Assembly (NCBI RefSeq): GCF_009914755.1
Contig: NC_060935.1
Direction: 5' to 3' (one strand)
DNA length: 64,000 bases
Source of the DNA: the human T2T-CHM13v2.0 reference genome, Homo sapiens
The notes beneath the pieces were generated by a model. It did not search any database. It saw only the letters and a program-made list of their open reading frames with translations, and was not told the DNA's origin. Both the position numbers and the translations under genes were made by a program. This document shows, piece after piece, positions 25,120 to 41,770 of the stretch. How positions within the stretch are numbered: the first letter of the stretch is position 1; every line of letters begins with the position of its first letter.

Positions 25120-26078
25120 TGTGGGGAAAAGCAAGAGAGATCAGATTGTTACTGTGTCTGTGTAGAAAGAAGTAGACATAGGAGACTCCATTTTGTTATG
25201 TACTAAGAAAAATTCTTCTGCCTTGAGATTCTGTGACCTTACCCCCAACCCCGTGCTCTCTGAAACATGTGCTGTGTCAACTCAGAGTTGAATGGATTAA
25301 GGGCGGTGCAAGATGTGCTTTGTTAAACAGATGCTTGAAGGCAGCATGCTCCTTAAGAGTCATCACCACTCCCTAATCTCAAGTACCCAGGGACACAAAA
25401 ACTGCGGAAGGCCGCAGGGACCTGTGCCTAGGAAAGCCAGGTATTGTCCAAGGTTTCTCCCCATGTGATAGTCTGAAATATGGCCTCGTGGGAAGGGAAA
25501 GACCTGACCATCCCCCAGCCCGACACCCGTAAAGGGTCTGTGCTGAGGAGGATTAGTAAAAGAGGAAGGAATGCCTCTTGCAGTTGAGACAAGAGGAAGG
25601 CATCTGTCTCCTGCCTCTCCCTGGGCAATGGAATGTCTCGGTATAAAACCCGATTGTATGCTCCATCTACTGAAATAGGGAAAAACCGCCTTAGGGCTGG
25701 AGGTGGGACCTGCGGGCAGCAATACTGCTTTGTAAAGCATTGAGATGTTTATGTGTATGCATATCTAAAAGCACAGCACTTAATCCTTTACATTGTCTAT
25801 GATGCAAAGACCTTTGTTCACGTGTTTGTCTGCTGACCCTCTCCCCACAATTGTCTTGTGACCCTGACACACCCCCTCTTTGAGAAACACCCAAAAATGA
25901 TCAATAAATACTAAGGGAACTCAGAGGCTGGCGGGATCCTCCATATGCTGAACGCTGGTTCCCCGGGTCCCCTTATTTCTTTCTCTATACTTTGTCTCTG
26001 TGTCTTTTTCTTTTCCAAATCTCTCGTCCCACCTTACGAGAAACACCCACAGGTGTGGAGGGGCAACCCACCCCTACA
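25120..26078 (+). mobile_element. HERV-K(HML-2) solo LTR, LTR5_Hs
   Basis: tgtggggaaaagcaagagagatcagattg...ggggcaacccacccctaca; 959 bp; perfect 6-bp TSD gaacaa (25114-25119, 26079-26084); CpGs retained. Confidence 0.98.
25642..25908 (+). promoter_or_regulatory. LTR5_Hs TATA-like box (25642-25648), octamer ATGCAAAG (25802-25809), polyA signal AATAAA (25903-25908)
   Basis: Motifs read directly at the expected positions in the LTR. Confidence 0.65.
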
Positions 26079-27239
26079 GAACAAGAAAGAAGCTGAAATG
26101 AATTTTGTGACCTAGCCTCAAAAGGCACCCATTGCACTTCTGATATATCCTATTCATTATGAATGAGTCACTAAGCCTAGCCCACAAGCAAATGAAGAGA
26201 ATTAACTTCAGCTTCTAAAAAGAAGCCATATCCAATATTTTAGGGCCTATTTTAAATCCACCCCAGCAATTTTTACAGAATTTACACAGAATATAAATTA
26301 AACTTTGATGATTAATTAGGGGAGGTATTTAAAAATATTTCTTAGGGGAAACTTTTTTTTCCTACTCAGCCTCAGGGCACAAACAATCTATCTTTTTCTC
26401 CCTCTATAGAGGTGCGAGTATTTTATTAGTTCACCCTTTTCATTGAGACCTTCAAGGAGGAGGCTATGTGAGGAAATGTCAGTTCCAAATTTCCTTTGTG
26501 TAACTATAAGGCTATGATTTATTCTATCCACAAGGCTTAACCAGTAAAACTGAGGCTGTTTGATCACTAAGACTGCCACATGGATTTAGGCCACCCAGTG
26601 CATTTTTGCTCTATGTTTTAGCCTATTTTTCACATTTTACCCCCTGGGAATTTTCTTTACTTTTTTGAAAACAAAAGTATAAACTTAGAGATCTGTTTAC
26701 TTTACATTAAACAGAATTTTTAGAATTTTGTTTTAAAAGATAGTACAGAGCAATCATTTACTTCTAGAAATGGAAGTCTCTGAAAAGAGATTTACAGTGC
26801 AGATGTGCACTACCTTTCAACTGGATTGCTAGGTACTACCAATGCATAATAAGCTTTCAGCCACCCCACTGGTAGTGATTCTCACAACCAATACTATCTG
26901 TTCATTGTTTTCAAGAATACCTTTCTCCTGGTCTCTGTTTTGTTAATTATATTACCTTTGGTGATGCACCTTGTTCTTTCACTGGCTTCGTGCTTTCTGA
27001 TGCTGACTGACTCAAGCCTTCTTATCCCACCTTGTACCCACAAAACACTTCAAGTTGTCTTCTTAAACAAACTTTCCTCATTCCCAAAGAGAAATTCTGG
27101 TTAAAGCTATTAATGTAATATGTCCACTTATATAAATCCATGAATTTCAGGTATCTATCAATCCATCTTTTTAGTTGTTATCTTTCTGATAATAAAACAT
27201 TATTTCTGTTACTATTTAGCAAAACAACTTTAACTCATT

Positions 27240-27760
27240 AATAATTATCTGATTTTTAATATTAACTAAGCACTAAATTAGGCACTGGAAGAAAAAATAT
27301 GGAAAATAATCTAGCTCTGTTTTTCACAGAGCTCAAATTAGAAACAAAAACATAATAGAAAAAGACTATTGGTGGCACAATGCACTAGAATAAACATGTG
27401 AATGGAACAATAATGAGAGGAGGGAACGTTTTATGTAAATTGAGAAAAGAGAGGAAAATGAGAGAAAATGCTTAGTAGAGACAAACTTTGAGCTGGGCCT
27501 TGAATAATGAAAATAAGTTCTTTAGTTAAAAATGTGAGCAGGTAGTGGCAAGAGGGATGTGTGAAATGGAACAAAGGAAAATATAGACAGAAAGGGTAAG
27601 TCTCTAGGCAGAGAAATATGAGCAAGGATGTGGAGACACATGAGCACAAGAAGCATTCAGAGGACAGCTGAGATTCAGGTGGTTGGAATGTAGGGCGCAC
27701 AGTGGTAGAATGGCAGACCGGTTTGAGATTTTAACCTGGCTTTTATTATAAAATGGCAGG
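27240..27760 (-). mobile_element. L2 fragment
   Basis: 'aagcactaaattaggcactgg...tttgagctgggccttgaa' antisense L2 pattern. Confidence 0.55.
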
Positions 27761-29152
27761 GATGAAAAATATTCAAAATAGTTCTTGTATAAATTACTTT
27801 TTATTAAATAAATTCATGAAAGATCCAGAAGTTTGACTGCAAAACTGATTTCTCAGCAAGGCTTTTAACCATTTCACTAGATTCATGAGTTTCTAAATTC
27901 TAGAAAAAGAAAGTTTCTGAAATAGGATTTCTTAGACATATATCACTCTGTGAGTAGGAATTCCTTTAATAAGATGTTAGGTTTTATATGGAAAGTGTCC
28001 TTGGTGTGACTCCTCTGAGGATCAATTTTTCTCTTAACTCTATCCATCTTAGTAAACTTAGCAAATTCTAAGTTGACTAAACAAAAGAAACATTCGATTG
28101 ATAAGAAATAATTTCCTGACTCTAGACATTTCCTCAAGCCAAGTAATATTCATCTCTTAAGCAATCATAAATAAAACTTAATACTTAAATTCAGTTTCCT
28201 GGATCTTTCAAGAGAGCAAATGAAAGGGACAAACAGGCTCTCATTAACATGATTCTCAAATAATGAGAATTTGAAATATGAACTTTGCGTGAACTTTGTT
28301 TTAGTTTCTTTTCCTTTGCCATTTACTAACGCTGAAACCTTATGTAAGGCATTTAAATTATTTGTGCTTCAATTGCTTCACCTTATAATAAGGATGAAGG
28401 CAGGACACTTGATTCGATTTGTTCACTGTTGTAGCTTCAATGAGTAGGACAGTATATGTTGTTTAAGACCAATAATATTGAATGGATGAATGAATGATCT
28501 AACATGGTTGATTCTAGGATTGAATGAAGCAATGTGTATAAAGTTGTCTTCATTCAGTAAAGGTATATTTAAGTAAAAGAATAAAGCAACTGCAAAAACA
28601 GAAAATAAGTAAGAAGCCTTACAATTAGTGAATATGTAAAAACCGCACTTTAAACAGCAGCAGTAAATCTGGATGTGGGATGGTAGGAGTCTTTGAAACA
28701 GGAATTTTAAATAAAAAATTCCTCTTTTAAATCTGTTTTCTCTGAATGTTGTCTTAGTTCTATCAGACAGAATTCTCCATTATGTAAGGGAGCTGGCTGC
28801 CTAATCCCAGATGTAGATAGCTGCATGATCAGAGAGGGAAAAGGTTTTTTTCGGTCAGCTCCAATACAAAATAAAATTTTAAAAAATGTTGGAGAAGTAT
28901 TCTGATTAGAATGAAGGCATATGTTTTTTATTATCTTAAGGAGGGCAAAGATTTTTCTGCAAAAAAACAAACAATAAAATATTAGCCAATAAAAACTCTT
29001 AAAGCAATGCTTGACACATATCAAATATTCAACATATATTAGATTATATTGCCATTCTTTACAGTTAGCAATGGGAACAATACAAGTTTTTGGAACTGGT
29101 AGTCAGAAAGTGTAAATTTAAATTCCAGCTCTCATGGTAGAAAAATATCCTC

Positions 29153-32287
<3,135 letters not shown>

Positions 32288-33322
32288 AGAAAAATGTCCT
32301 CCAGTAAACTGATTTGTCCCTCTGAGTCACAAATTCTTTATGTATGAGCTAAGCATGGATAACAACACTAGAGCCCCCTGGGCTTTTGTTTGGGTAAAAT
32401 GAGATAAAATTTGTTTCTGGTATTTACCATAGTGCCTGCCTTATGGTAGATAGTCAATAAATGCCTGTTTCCTCCCCTATCTTCTTCATAAGACTGTAGT
32501 TTTCTGCCAAATTCTGACATCGGCCGTTAGACCTTAGAGATTAAGGAATCCTCTTTCTAGCTCAGTTCCCCATTTATCACCTGCCAAAGGTGATGACTAA
32601 TTCCTTTCTGGTAAAACTGTTGTTTGGAGGAGAAATAAAACACTATAAATGATAAAACTCTGAGAGGTTATATTGAATATTTAGAAATAAGGGATTATTA
32701 GGCTAATTTTTTAAAAATTGCAACATTTCAAAAATTAACAATAACTCACCTATTGCCTGGAAAAAACAAACTAAAAAAAGCATCCTAATGTCATATAACT
32801 ATTATCTGATTATATTTGCAATTGATAACAAAATTTAATGTTATTAGATAAATTACTTATGTTGCATAAGCCAGTGGTTATCAGGATGATAGCTACTGGG
32901 TGAAGAATAAAAGTAACTAGAAGTAAGTATATCTTAAAGAAAGTCAACTGTTGCTACTTCTGCTGGACTCAGGAAAATCTATCTCCTCAAAGTGAGATGC
33001 GTTAGTAGGTTTTTGAGTATAATCAAGCCCTTCATCCCCCTCAGTGTTTCTATTCACATGGTAGATTGTTAATATGTTTCTTTTTTTATTTGTATTCATG
33101 CAAATTTGAATAATTATTCTTTACTTAGGCTAAAAGAAAAAAAAAAAAACCCTTTTCATTAAAAAAAAATCCCAGCTGCCACAATAAGGGGAGGTTTAGA
33201 GACAGATTAATTGAACAGTACTTGGGGTGAGGTGGGATGGGAGAAGTTAAGACTTTTTGTCAGAAGATCCAATTACACCCACTAAAACTTCCAGGAACTA
33301 ATACTTCTAGCCTATGACATTC

Positions 33323-33626
<304 letters not shown>

Positions 33627-34174
33627 TAGTTAATGAGATTATTAAGGTGAAATGTTTAAGATCACATGTCATGATGAAGTGTTACTGAATGAGACCTTCA
33701 GAGAAGATTTGGGATTTTGAGAATATTCTGGAAGGCGAATGAGATGCTGAAGTTCTTATTGGACGAATGATGAAACTTTGGAAAGCAATTGATACTTCGC
33801 ACAAAATTTTATGACCGAATTTGGTAAACCATGGCAGAAAAATAAGGTGCATACTCTAGGTTGGATGATTTGATTTTATGAGGTATTCTTCCAGCCAGTC
33901 ATTGCTGCGCAGTGACCGAATACCTCACCCCACATGCTAAGCACATCACTGTTTCCATGTGTTAGCCAGTTGTGTCCCTCTACCTGGAATGCATTTCACC
34001 CCTGCTTTTTGTTTTAAAGTGACTTATTCTTCAAGATTTTATTTCCCCTTTCTGTGGATCACTAAAGGACAGAAGGTCTGTCCAAAATTGGTAATAAATT
34101 CATTCTTTGCATTTCTATTTCATTTATTTGATAACTTTCTTATTTATGTTGTTTGTAGTACTTTTACATGCTAT

Positions 34175-36100
34175 TTGTTTTTAGTTAAAATTTTTATTTT
34201 GAGATTACTGTAGATTCACATGAAATTTTAATAACTAATACAACGAAATTGTGTGTATCATTATCCTAGTTTCTTCCAAAAGGCAACTTCTTGAGAAACT
34301 ACAACATGAAAAAGTACAATATAAAGACTAAAATATTGGTATGAATACAGTGAAGATTCAGAACATTTCCATCCCCAGAAAAATCCCTCACGTTGCTCTT
34401 TGATAGCCACACTCATTTTCCTCCCACCTGTGACCCCTGAAAAGCCCTTGGCAACCATAAATCTGTTCTCCATTTTGATAATCTTGTCATTTCAATAATG
34501 TTATATAAATGGAATCATACAACCATTTGCAATTTGCTTTTTTCACTGTGTACTTTTTTGCGGGTTTATTCGAGATATATTCAAGATATTGTGTGTATGA
34601 ATAGTTTTTTTTTTTTTTTTTAATACTGAGTAGTATTCCATGGTGTAGATCTTCCACAGCTTAAATATTTATCTCTTGAAAAATGTCTGGGTTGTTGCCA
34701 GTTAAGTCTATTAAGAAGAAAACCCTTTCTTAAAAGTTTGTGCACAAGTTTTTATGTGAACCTAAGTCTTAATTTATCTAGAATAAATGTCTAGAATAAA
34801 TGCAACTTCTGGGCCATACAGTAGTTGAACATTGAGTTTTTTAACAATATGCCAACTGTTTTCTAGACTCGCTATACCATTTCACATTTTCACCAGCAGT
34901 TCATGAGTGATTCATATTCTTTCGATCCTGCTAAGGGATGGTCCAAGTGCAGTGGTGTTTACAACTAACTGATCACAACCAGTTACAGACTTCTTTGTCT
35001 TTTCCACTCTCACTGCTTCATCTGACTAGCCTTAAAGTAAAATTACAAATACAAGTAAATATATCCTGCTAGGATTAGATTTTTGTACTTAAAAATTTCG
35101 ACAATTCTGATACGTATGTAGTAATATTTCATTTTGTTTTCATTTGCATTTCTGTAATAGCCAATAATGTTGAGCATTTTTATGTGCTTATTTGCTATCC
35201 ATATATTCTAGGGGACAAAGATTTTTTCCTGTCTTTAGTCAATTTTCTAACTGATTTTTTCTTATTGTTGAGTTTTCAGAGTCCTTTAAATATATTAGAT
35301 ACTAGTTTGTTGTGGTACTTGGTCTGCAAATATTTTCTTGCAGTCGGCATCTTGTCTTTTCATCTTCTTAACAAAAATTTCATAAAACAAAATTTGAAAC
35401 AAAATTTTTACAAAGTCAACTTAGCCATTTTTTCCTTGTATATATGATGTTATTGATTTCAAGTCTAAGAGCTCTTGGCTTAATCTTAAATCCTAAAGAT
35501 TTCCTATTTTTTTTCAAAAAGTTCCATAGATTATGTTTTATATTGAAGTCCATCATCAATTTTTAGTTAATTTTTGTGTGAGTTTTGAGACTTTGACAAG
35601 GTTTATTTTGTGTCAATAAATGCCTAATTACACTGGCATCATTTGCTGAAAAGTGTATCTTTTCAATAATTATTTAATTTTGTCAAAAATAAGTTGGGCA
35701 TATTTGTATGTATCTATGTCTGTTTAATCCATTCTGCTTTTTCGAGCTATACATGTAACTCTTCACCAACACCACACAGTCTTTATTACTACTGCTGTAT
35801 AATGAATTTTGACATCAGGTAGACCCAGTCCACCCCTTGTTGTTGTCTTTCAGAAACTTTTTAGTTCTTCTAGTTTCTTTGCTTTTTAAATTAAATTTTA
35901 TAATAATTTTGTCTATATCTATAGAAAGGTTGCTGAGATTCTAATAGACATTGTGTTAAACTTGGGTATAAGTTTGTAAATAATTTACATTTTCACTAGA
36001 TTGTGTCTTCTAGTTCCTAAACACAATGTATCTTTCTATTTACTTGTATCTTCTTTGATTTGTTTCATTTCTGTTTTGTAAATTTTAGTTTTGTAGTTTA
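34175..36100 (-). mobile_element. L1MC-like 3'UTR and ORF2 end
   Basis: 'tgtagattcacatg...cccttggcaaccataaatctgttctccatt...ttatataaatggaatcatac' antisense L1MC 3' end. Confidence 0.8.
34936..35033 (+). pseudogene. Y3 RNA (RNY3) processed pseudogene
   Basis: Close match to hY3 GGCTGGTCCGAGTGCAGTGGTGTTTACAACTAATTGATCACAACCAGTTACAGA...CTTGACTAGCCTT; A-rich tail 35034-35062; TSD atcctgctaag (34925-34935) / atcctgctagg (35063-35073). Confidence 0.95.
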
Positions 36101-36149
36101 GATCTGAACTCGGGTGCTGTGGTGCAACCATCAGTTCTCAAGTACCTAT

Positions 36150-36645
36150 ACGTATATATAATTTAAAACATAGGAAAACAAAGAAAAAAATCCAGAAATC
36201 CACAAAAGAGAAACACTTTACTTAAAAGGAAAAAACAATTTAAATGACAGTGAATTTCTCATGAGAAGTTGTAGCGACCTGAAAGAAGTAGAACAATATT
36301 TTTCAAGGGCTGAAATAATATCAATGCGAACCCAGAAACTTGTATCTAGAGAAAATGTCCTTCAGAATCAAAGAGGAAATAAGGACATTCTGAAATGAAG
36401 AAAAATGAAAATTTCCTTTGCTGGTGCAATGACTAAAATAAGTTCTTTAAATATAAAGGAAACAAAAAAGAATAGGTCTTGAAATCTTAGAAAAACAAAA
36501 CAAAACATGCTAACAATAATATGAATAAAAAAACTCCCTTCTCCTCTTGTGTTTTCTAATTTATATTTGACAGTTGAAACAAAATTATATCACTTTTCAT
36601 GTTTCAAAATGTATATATAGAAAATATTTAAGAAAATTATTATAT
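36150..36645 (+). mobile_element. Old L1M ORF1 3' fragment
   Basis: 'atgacagtgaatttctc...aatatttttcaagggctgaa...cccagaaacttgtatctagagaaaatgtccttcagaatcaaagaggaaataaggacattc'. Confidence 0.7.
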
Positions 36646-36739
36646 ATATGTATGGAGAGATAGTCCTCAGTGTGACTCCTCTGAGGATCAGTTTTCTTCC
36701 TGACTGTTCATCTTAATATTAGCAAAGTCTAATACTTTT

Positions 36740-37035
36740 TCCTCTTGTGAGGCTGCCCCTTCCTAGTCTTGTTAGGCTCCTCCCCCCTGTGGTTATTGGC
36801 ATTTACGTGTTACCAACCTCTCCTGTTCCAAGTGTAGAATAAACTGGCAAAAAGAAAAGCCAGTGCACTCGCCAGCCCATTGTTCCTTGGATCCCCAGGT
36901 CCTTATTTAGTTTGCCTTCTTCTCTCCACTTTTCAGATGCTTCTTATATTTGTTTTATATCTAATCTCTACAATTTTTAGTTGTACTTAGAGAAATAGGA
37001 AAAAAAAGTATATTTTACCAATTTTTTCAGGATAT
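36740..37035 (-). mobile_element. Old L1M 5'-end fragment
   Basis: 'tttttagttgtacttagagaaatagg...ttaccaattttttcagg' resembles antisense L1M 5' terminus. Confidence 0.45.
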
Positions 37036-38544
37036 GTGAATGGTACTTCAAATTATGTATATGTATAGGATTTTGAAAACTAATGGTTACACCACAGCCC
37101 CTGAGTTTATGGTTGTGGAGATCTTATTGGTTTTGACTATCTTCCCTTGCCCCTTGAGGGCTGTTGACAAAGGTGTCCCTTACAGTCACACCTTTGCTGC
37201 CAGATACTGTTTGTCTAATGATGAGTAAACATCTAACTCAAGCTGGGCCATTTGAAGTCCACTCCCTGAGAGATTTAAATAAAAGACAGGGGTATGTAAA
37301 CAGGATGAGGGTAAAGATTTACATAGAGGGATTTAAAAAATGTAAAAAGATTGTTATGATCTACTTGCATAATAAGAACTATTTAGAACTGAGTGTGGCT
37401 ATATTCTCCCATGTAGGCTGAAGAGAGTGGTCCCTTATCTTTCTTCTGGCTCTCTCTTGTCTCTTACTTTGTACTGACAACAGAAGAGTAGCAGAGTTAT
37501 AGGTGGAGTACTAGAAGGAGAATATTTTAGTATATTTTTCCCACAACTTTGACTCTCTACTCAGAATATACTTATAAACCTGGACCACCTCTGGGAATGG
37601 CTAACAGAAAACAGTACATTAAAAGGTATCCATTACTTAAAAGCAGTGGAAGAAGATTGCTGTTCATTCAGTCTGACAATAGTATTTGTTGTTCACTTAA
37701 GAGTGCAGTAATAGTGTAGATCCTTTAGAGCTATAAAATATTTACACAAAAAGGTTTCTAACTCATAATTTTAAATAGCTGCACCAGATATTTTTTGAAG
37801 GAACTTTGACATTTAGATTTTTATCATTATTTACTTCATTCAGAGAAGAGAGGTTAAAGGTGCCTTTTGAAAGTTGCAAGAAAGGGTGCTTATTCCTGCA
37901 AGTGTGATGGCTCTGGAAGATGAGAAATTGCTCTTCTGACAATACCTTTGGGAAGAATATAGATACCAAGATCCTGGAAGTCCTATGTAAAATAAGATTC
38001 TTAGTTAATGTGAACCTAAGTTGTTTCTTAAAATAAGAAAGTTAATTGACCAGACGTGCTTTTAAAGCCTGTTTAGAAAATTATCTGTGCTTCTTTTTAT
38101 TGTTTTTCTCAGTTTTTAACATCTCCTTAACACTTACAGCTACATGACTAACTTACTAAAAGCAATAGTGATAGTATTACTGCCCTGAAAACATTCAGAA
38201 AATAAAATCTGAGAGGTAAAAAGAATAACACAAAACTTAGGGCAAAACATTTATGGAACATAACTTCATTGGCTCTCTATACTTTGTTTACTGTGATTTG
38301 ATTTCCTTATGAAAATCACTTATACTGTAGGGTATAGTAGGATTGCCAGAATATTTGAAAAAGGATTAGAAAAAATGCCCTTATCTAGAAATAAAATTGA
38401 GGGGCACTTAAAATTTTAATCCTAACAACATTACATGTCATAGATCTCATTTATTTTAAGTAATTAAGTTAACAAGCAGATATAACTGATCCAAAAATAA
38501 TTTATAGAACAGCAACTGTGTGACCATATCAGAAAATGAGTTCT

Positions 38545-38725
38545 CTATATTCATTGTCTCCCCTAATCCCACAGACACCAGTAGAAAGTGCTAGTCAGTT
38601 CATTTATGGAGAATCTAGGGGTTTGAAAGAGATTTGGTGACTTGTCCAGTTCCATATTCAGCAAGCAGCACAATCAGGGTCTGAACTCAGATCCAACTGT
38701 GAAATCTGTTTTATTAATCAAAGTG
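38545..38725 (-). mobile_element. MIR
   Basis: 'ggtgacttgtccag...ctgaactcagatc'. Confidence 0.55.
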
Positions 38726-39229
38726 CTGTATTCTATCTCCCCTTTTCTGCCCATTCTTAATTTTCATTCTCAACAAAGAGAGATTTAGGAGTTAATAGGT
38801 GGGTCACTTGTTCTTTTGTTTCTCTTTAATTCCAGTATTCTGAAATTCCCTAATTGCCTTTTAGAAAAAAAAAAAATCGAAGAATCAGCAAAGGATAGGA
38901 AATGAGTCTAGTTGATCTTAAGTATTGATCAAGAATAAGGAGCTGAATTTATCCATAAAATTTAAGCCACCATGCAATTTGAATAACTGAATCTATATAT
39001 TCCTTCTTCACCCAAACTATAATTTTTAATCATACATGTTGAGTTTTAAAAGATGCATTCTTTACAAACCTTGTATTTTGCTTGGCTATATAAGATATAG
39101 TAATGAAGTTAGTCCAGTTGATTCGAAACTAAACAGTATGGTTTTGCCACCTCCTTCCAGGGAAATAATTTTAACAAAGTCAATAGAAACACACTCAATT
39201 CAATTGAACACATATTAAACTTGCAAATA

Positions 39230-39625
39230 ATATTTGTTCTCACACTGCTATAAAGAAATAGCTAAGACTGGGTAATTTATAAAGAAAAGAGATTTAATTG
39301 ACTCACAGTTCTGCAGGCTATACAGGAAGCATAGCTGCTTCTGCTCCTTCGGAAGCCTCAGGAAACTTACAGTCATGGTGGAAAGCGAAGGGGAGGCGGG
39401 CACATCTTACATGGCCAGAACAGGAGGAAGAGAGAGCGCAGGGAGGTACTTCTCTTTTTAAACAACCAGATCTTATGAGAACTCACTTACTATATAGTAA
39501 CAAACTAATCCATTCATGAGAACTCCACCCCCATGATCCAATCGCCTCCCACCAAGTCCCACCTCCAACACTGGGTATTACAATTTGACATGAGATCTGT
39601 TGGGGACACAGATCCAAACCATATA
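39230..39625 (-). mobile_element. MST (MSTA/B) solo LTR
   Basis: 'ttctcacactgctataaagaaata...gcctcaggaaacttac...gacacagatccaaaccatat'. Confidence 0.88.
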
Positions 39626-39814
39626 ACCCAGGCCTAGTCTTCCACAAGAAAAAACTCATATAGTAAACTGGGATTACATGCTGTTATACCAAGTGTTACA
39701 AATAAGAAACTACCAGATTTCATATCTGAGTAAGCTCACATCTGGTGGGAAGTTTGAGGAGGAAGCGAGAAGCCTCCGTTTAGGAGATATCTGATGTGAG
39801 ACTTGAAAAATGAC

Positions 39815-40220
39815 TGTTTCAGACTGTTTGAGCTGTTGTAGCAAAATACTATATACTGGGTGGTTTAAACTACAGACATTTATTTTCTCACAATTCTGGA
39901 GGCTGGAAGTCCAAGATTAGGATGCCAGTATGCTTGGGTTCGGGTAAGGACTTTTTTTTAGAATTGTAGACTGCCGATTTCTCATTGTATCCTCACATGG
40001 CCTTTCCTCTGTGTGTGTGCATGGAGAAAGAGAGAGAAAGAAAGAGATTGCTCTTCCTCCTCTAATAAGGGTATCAAACCCATTTTGAGTGTCTTCTCTT
40101 CATGATCTAATCTAAATCTAGTTTCCTTTCAAAAGATGCACTTCCAAATACCATCACATTGTGTGTAAGGGCTTCAGCATGTGAATTTGGGGGTGACACA
40201 AATATTCAGTTCAAAACAAT
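39815..40220 (-). mobile_element. MLT1A/B LTR
   Basis: 'ctgggtggtttaaac...tttctcacaattctggaggctggaagtccaagat...gacacaaatattcagt'. Confidence 0.85.
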
Positions 40221-40572
40221 GGTTGTGGTTTTAGCAAAAGTACAGGGTTCATGGGACAATAGAGGACATTCTTGGCAGTGGGATAACCACAAGCAAAGAC
40301 AGAGACATAGGAGAGGCTCCAAAATGAGGCATTGTTGACTATAGGTCTAGAGCAGGTGAACACGATGACTAGTGTAAAGTAAGGCTATGGTGAATGGGAG
40401 ACTGAAGCTTTTGGGTATAATTTTTCAGGAAGTGTTGAGGAACGTCTTTGGCTTTTTGTTAGTTTGGAGATGGAGTAGCTCAACATTAAAAAAGTACAGA
40501 GTCACTTCTATAGAATAAACAAGACTAAACCAAGCGGGAATAATGCAGCATTTTCTAGGCCCATAAAGATTT

Positions 40573-41193
40573 TGTTGTCTGGGGTGACACACAAGGTTCT
40601 TTGTCTCACGGCCATGGGGATCAAGTATGCAGATGCACAAAGGGTGAGGTTTAGAGCAGAGAATTAATAGGTGAAAGAAAGAGAATAGCTCTCTACTACA
40701 GAGAGAGGTCCCAGAAAAATGGGTTGCTGATCTGAGGTGAAATGCAGGGGTTTTTGTAGATGAGCTAGTGGGGAGGCAATGTCTGATCTACACAGGGTGC
40801 AAAAAACTGGTTAGGACCAGAAGTGCCATCTGCATAGGGCACAAATCTCTGTCAGTCCCCACCTCAATCTTTTATTATGAAGGCAGGTAGCTACTCCATG
40901 TTGCTTATTTCTTTCTTACTGTACACATGCTAACAAAAAATAAAGGAATGAGAATCCCTCATGGTGGACATGCCTGGCCCCCAGGTAGCCCTTTTCTATT
41001 GGTGCAGCTGCCAGGATCTCCCCGTGCAAGCTTCCAACTTCCTTATCTATGTTTGCTGCTCAATCTCTCAGGCTGCTCTTTGTTAGAAAAGAGATGTTTT
41101 CTTGGGCCGCTTTTTTGTCAGAAGGGAAGTTCTGCCGAGGACTCTTTTGCCCTCATTATCTGCCTAAATACTTTCTTTCCATGTCATGTATCA
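40573..41193 (-). mobile_element. ERV1-class solo LTR (MER61/LTR20-like group; family uncertain)
   Basis: TG...CA ends; reverse complement starts 'tgataca...aaagaaagtatttaggcagataatgagggcaaaagagtcctcggcag'. Confidence 0.65.
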
Positions 41194-41529
41194 GCATGAC
41201 CTTGACATTGATGTGGAGGGATAAGGTATTAGGAAGAGTCAATGTCAAATGTTTAGGCAGCAGAAAGTGAGTATCTGAGTAGAGTTTATCTCAACAGAAG
41301 TGGAAAAAAGGGATATGTTCTGGAAATACTATGACGTTAGAGTCTTCAGTCTTGACAAACGATTATATGGAGAAGGCAGAGTAACTAGGTGCATTCATGA
41401 GCACCCTAAAAAAGCCATGAAAAGAAAACAATATGTGTAAAGAACCTGCTGTTCTTAGATTTGCTCCTGCAAGTGAAGGTTTATCATGATAATATACACG
41501 GTAGTAAGAAAGTTTGCAATCTAACAAAT

Positions 41530-41770
41530 CTTTTTTGATCAGGCTGAAGTGCAGTGGTGCTATCACAGCTCACAAGAAGCTCAAACTCCTGGGCTCCAGT
41601 GATTCTACTGCCCAGCTAACTTGTTTTTTATTTCTATTTTTATTTTTTTTAGAGGCAGAGTCTTCCCATGTTGCCCAGGCTACTCTTAAACTGCTGGCCT
41701 CACATGATCCTCCCTCCTCAGCCTCCCAACATGCTGGGACTACAGATGTATGCCGCCTTGTCCGGCCCAG
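41530..41770 (-). mobile_element. Degenerate, internally deleted AluJ
   Basis: 'aggctgaagtgcagtgg...ctcaaactcctgggctc...catgttgcccaggct'. Confidence 0.8.

Larger units (their letters stand above)
24830..26250 (-). mobile_element. MLT1 (E/F-like) LTR split by LTR5_Hs
   Basis: 'cttagctaggtggttctggctcaggatctctcatgaggtt' upstream and 'tgtgacctagcctca...gagtcactaagcctagcccac' downstream of the LTR5. Confidence 0.65.

Noticed and set aside
25363-25894. ORFs antisense to LTR5_Hs
   Set aside because: Open frames within the LTR; no gag/pol/env sequence remains.
36108-36148. Possible 7SL/Alu 5' fragment
   Set aside because: Too short and diverged to support.
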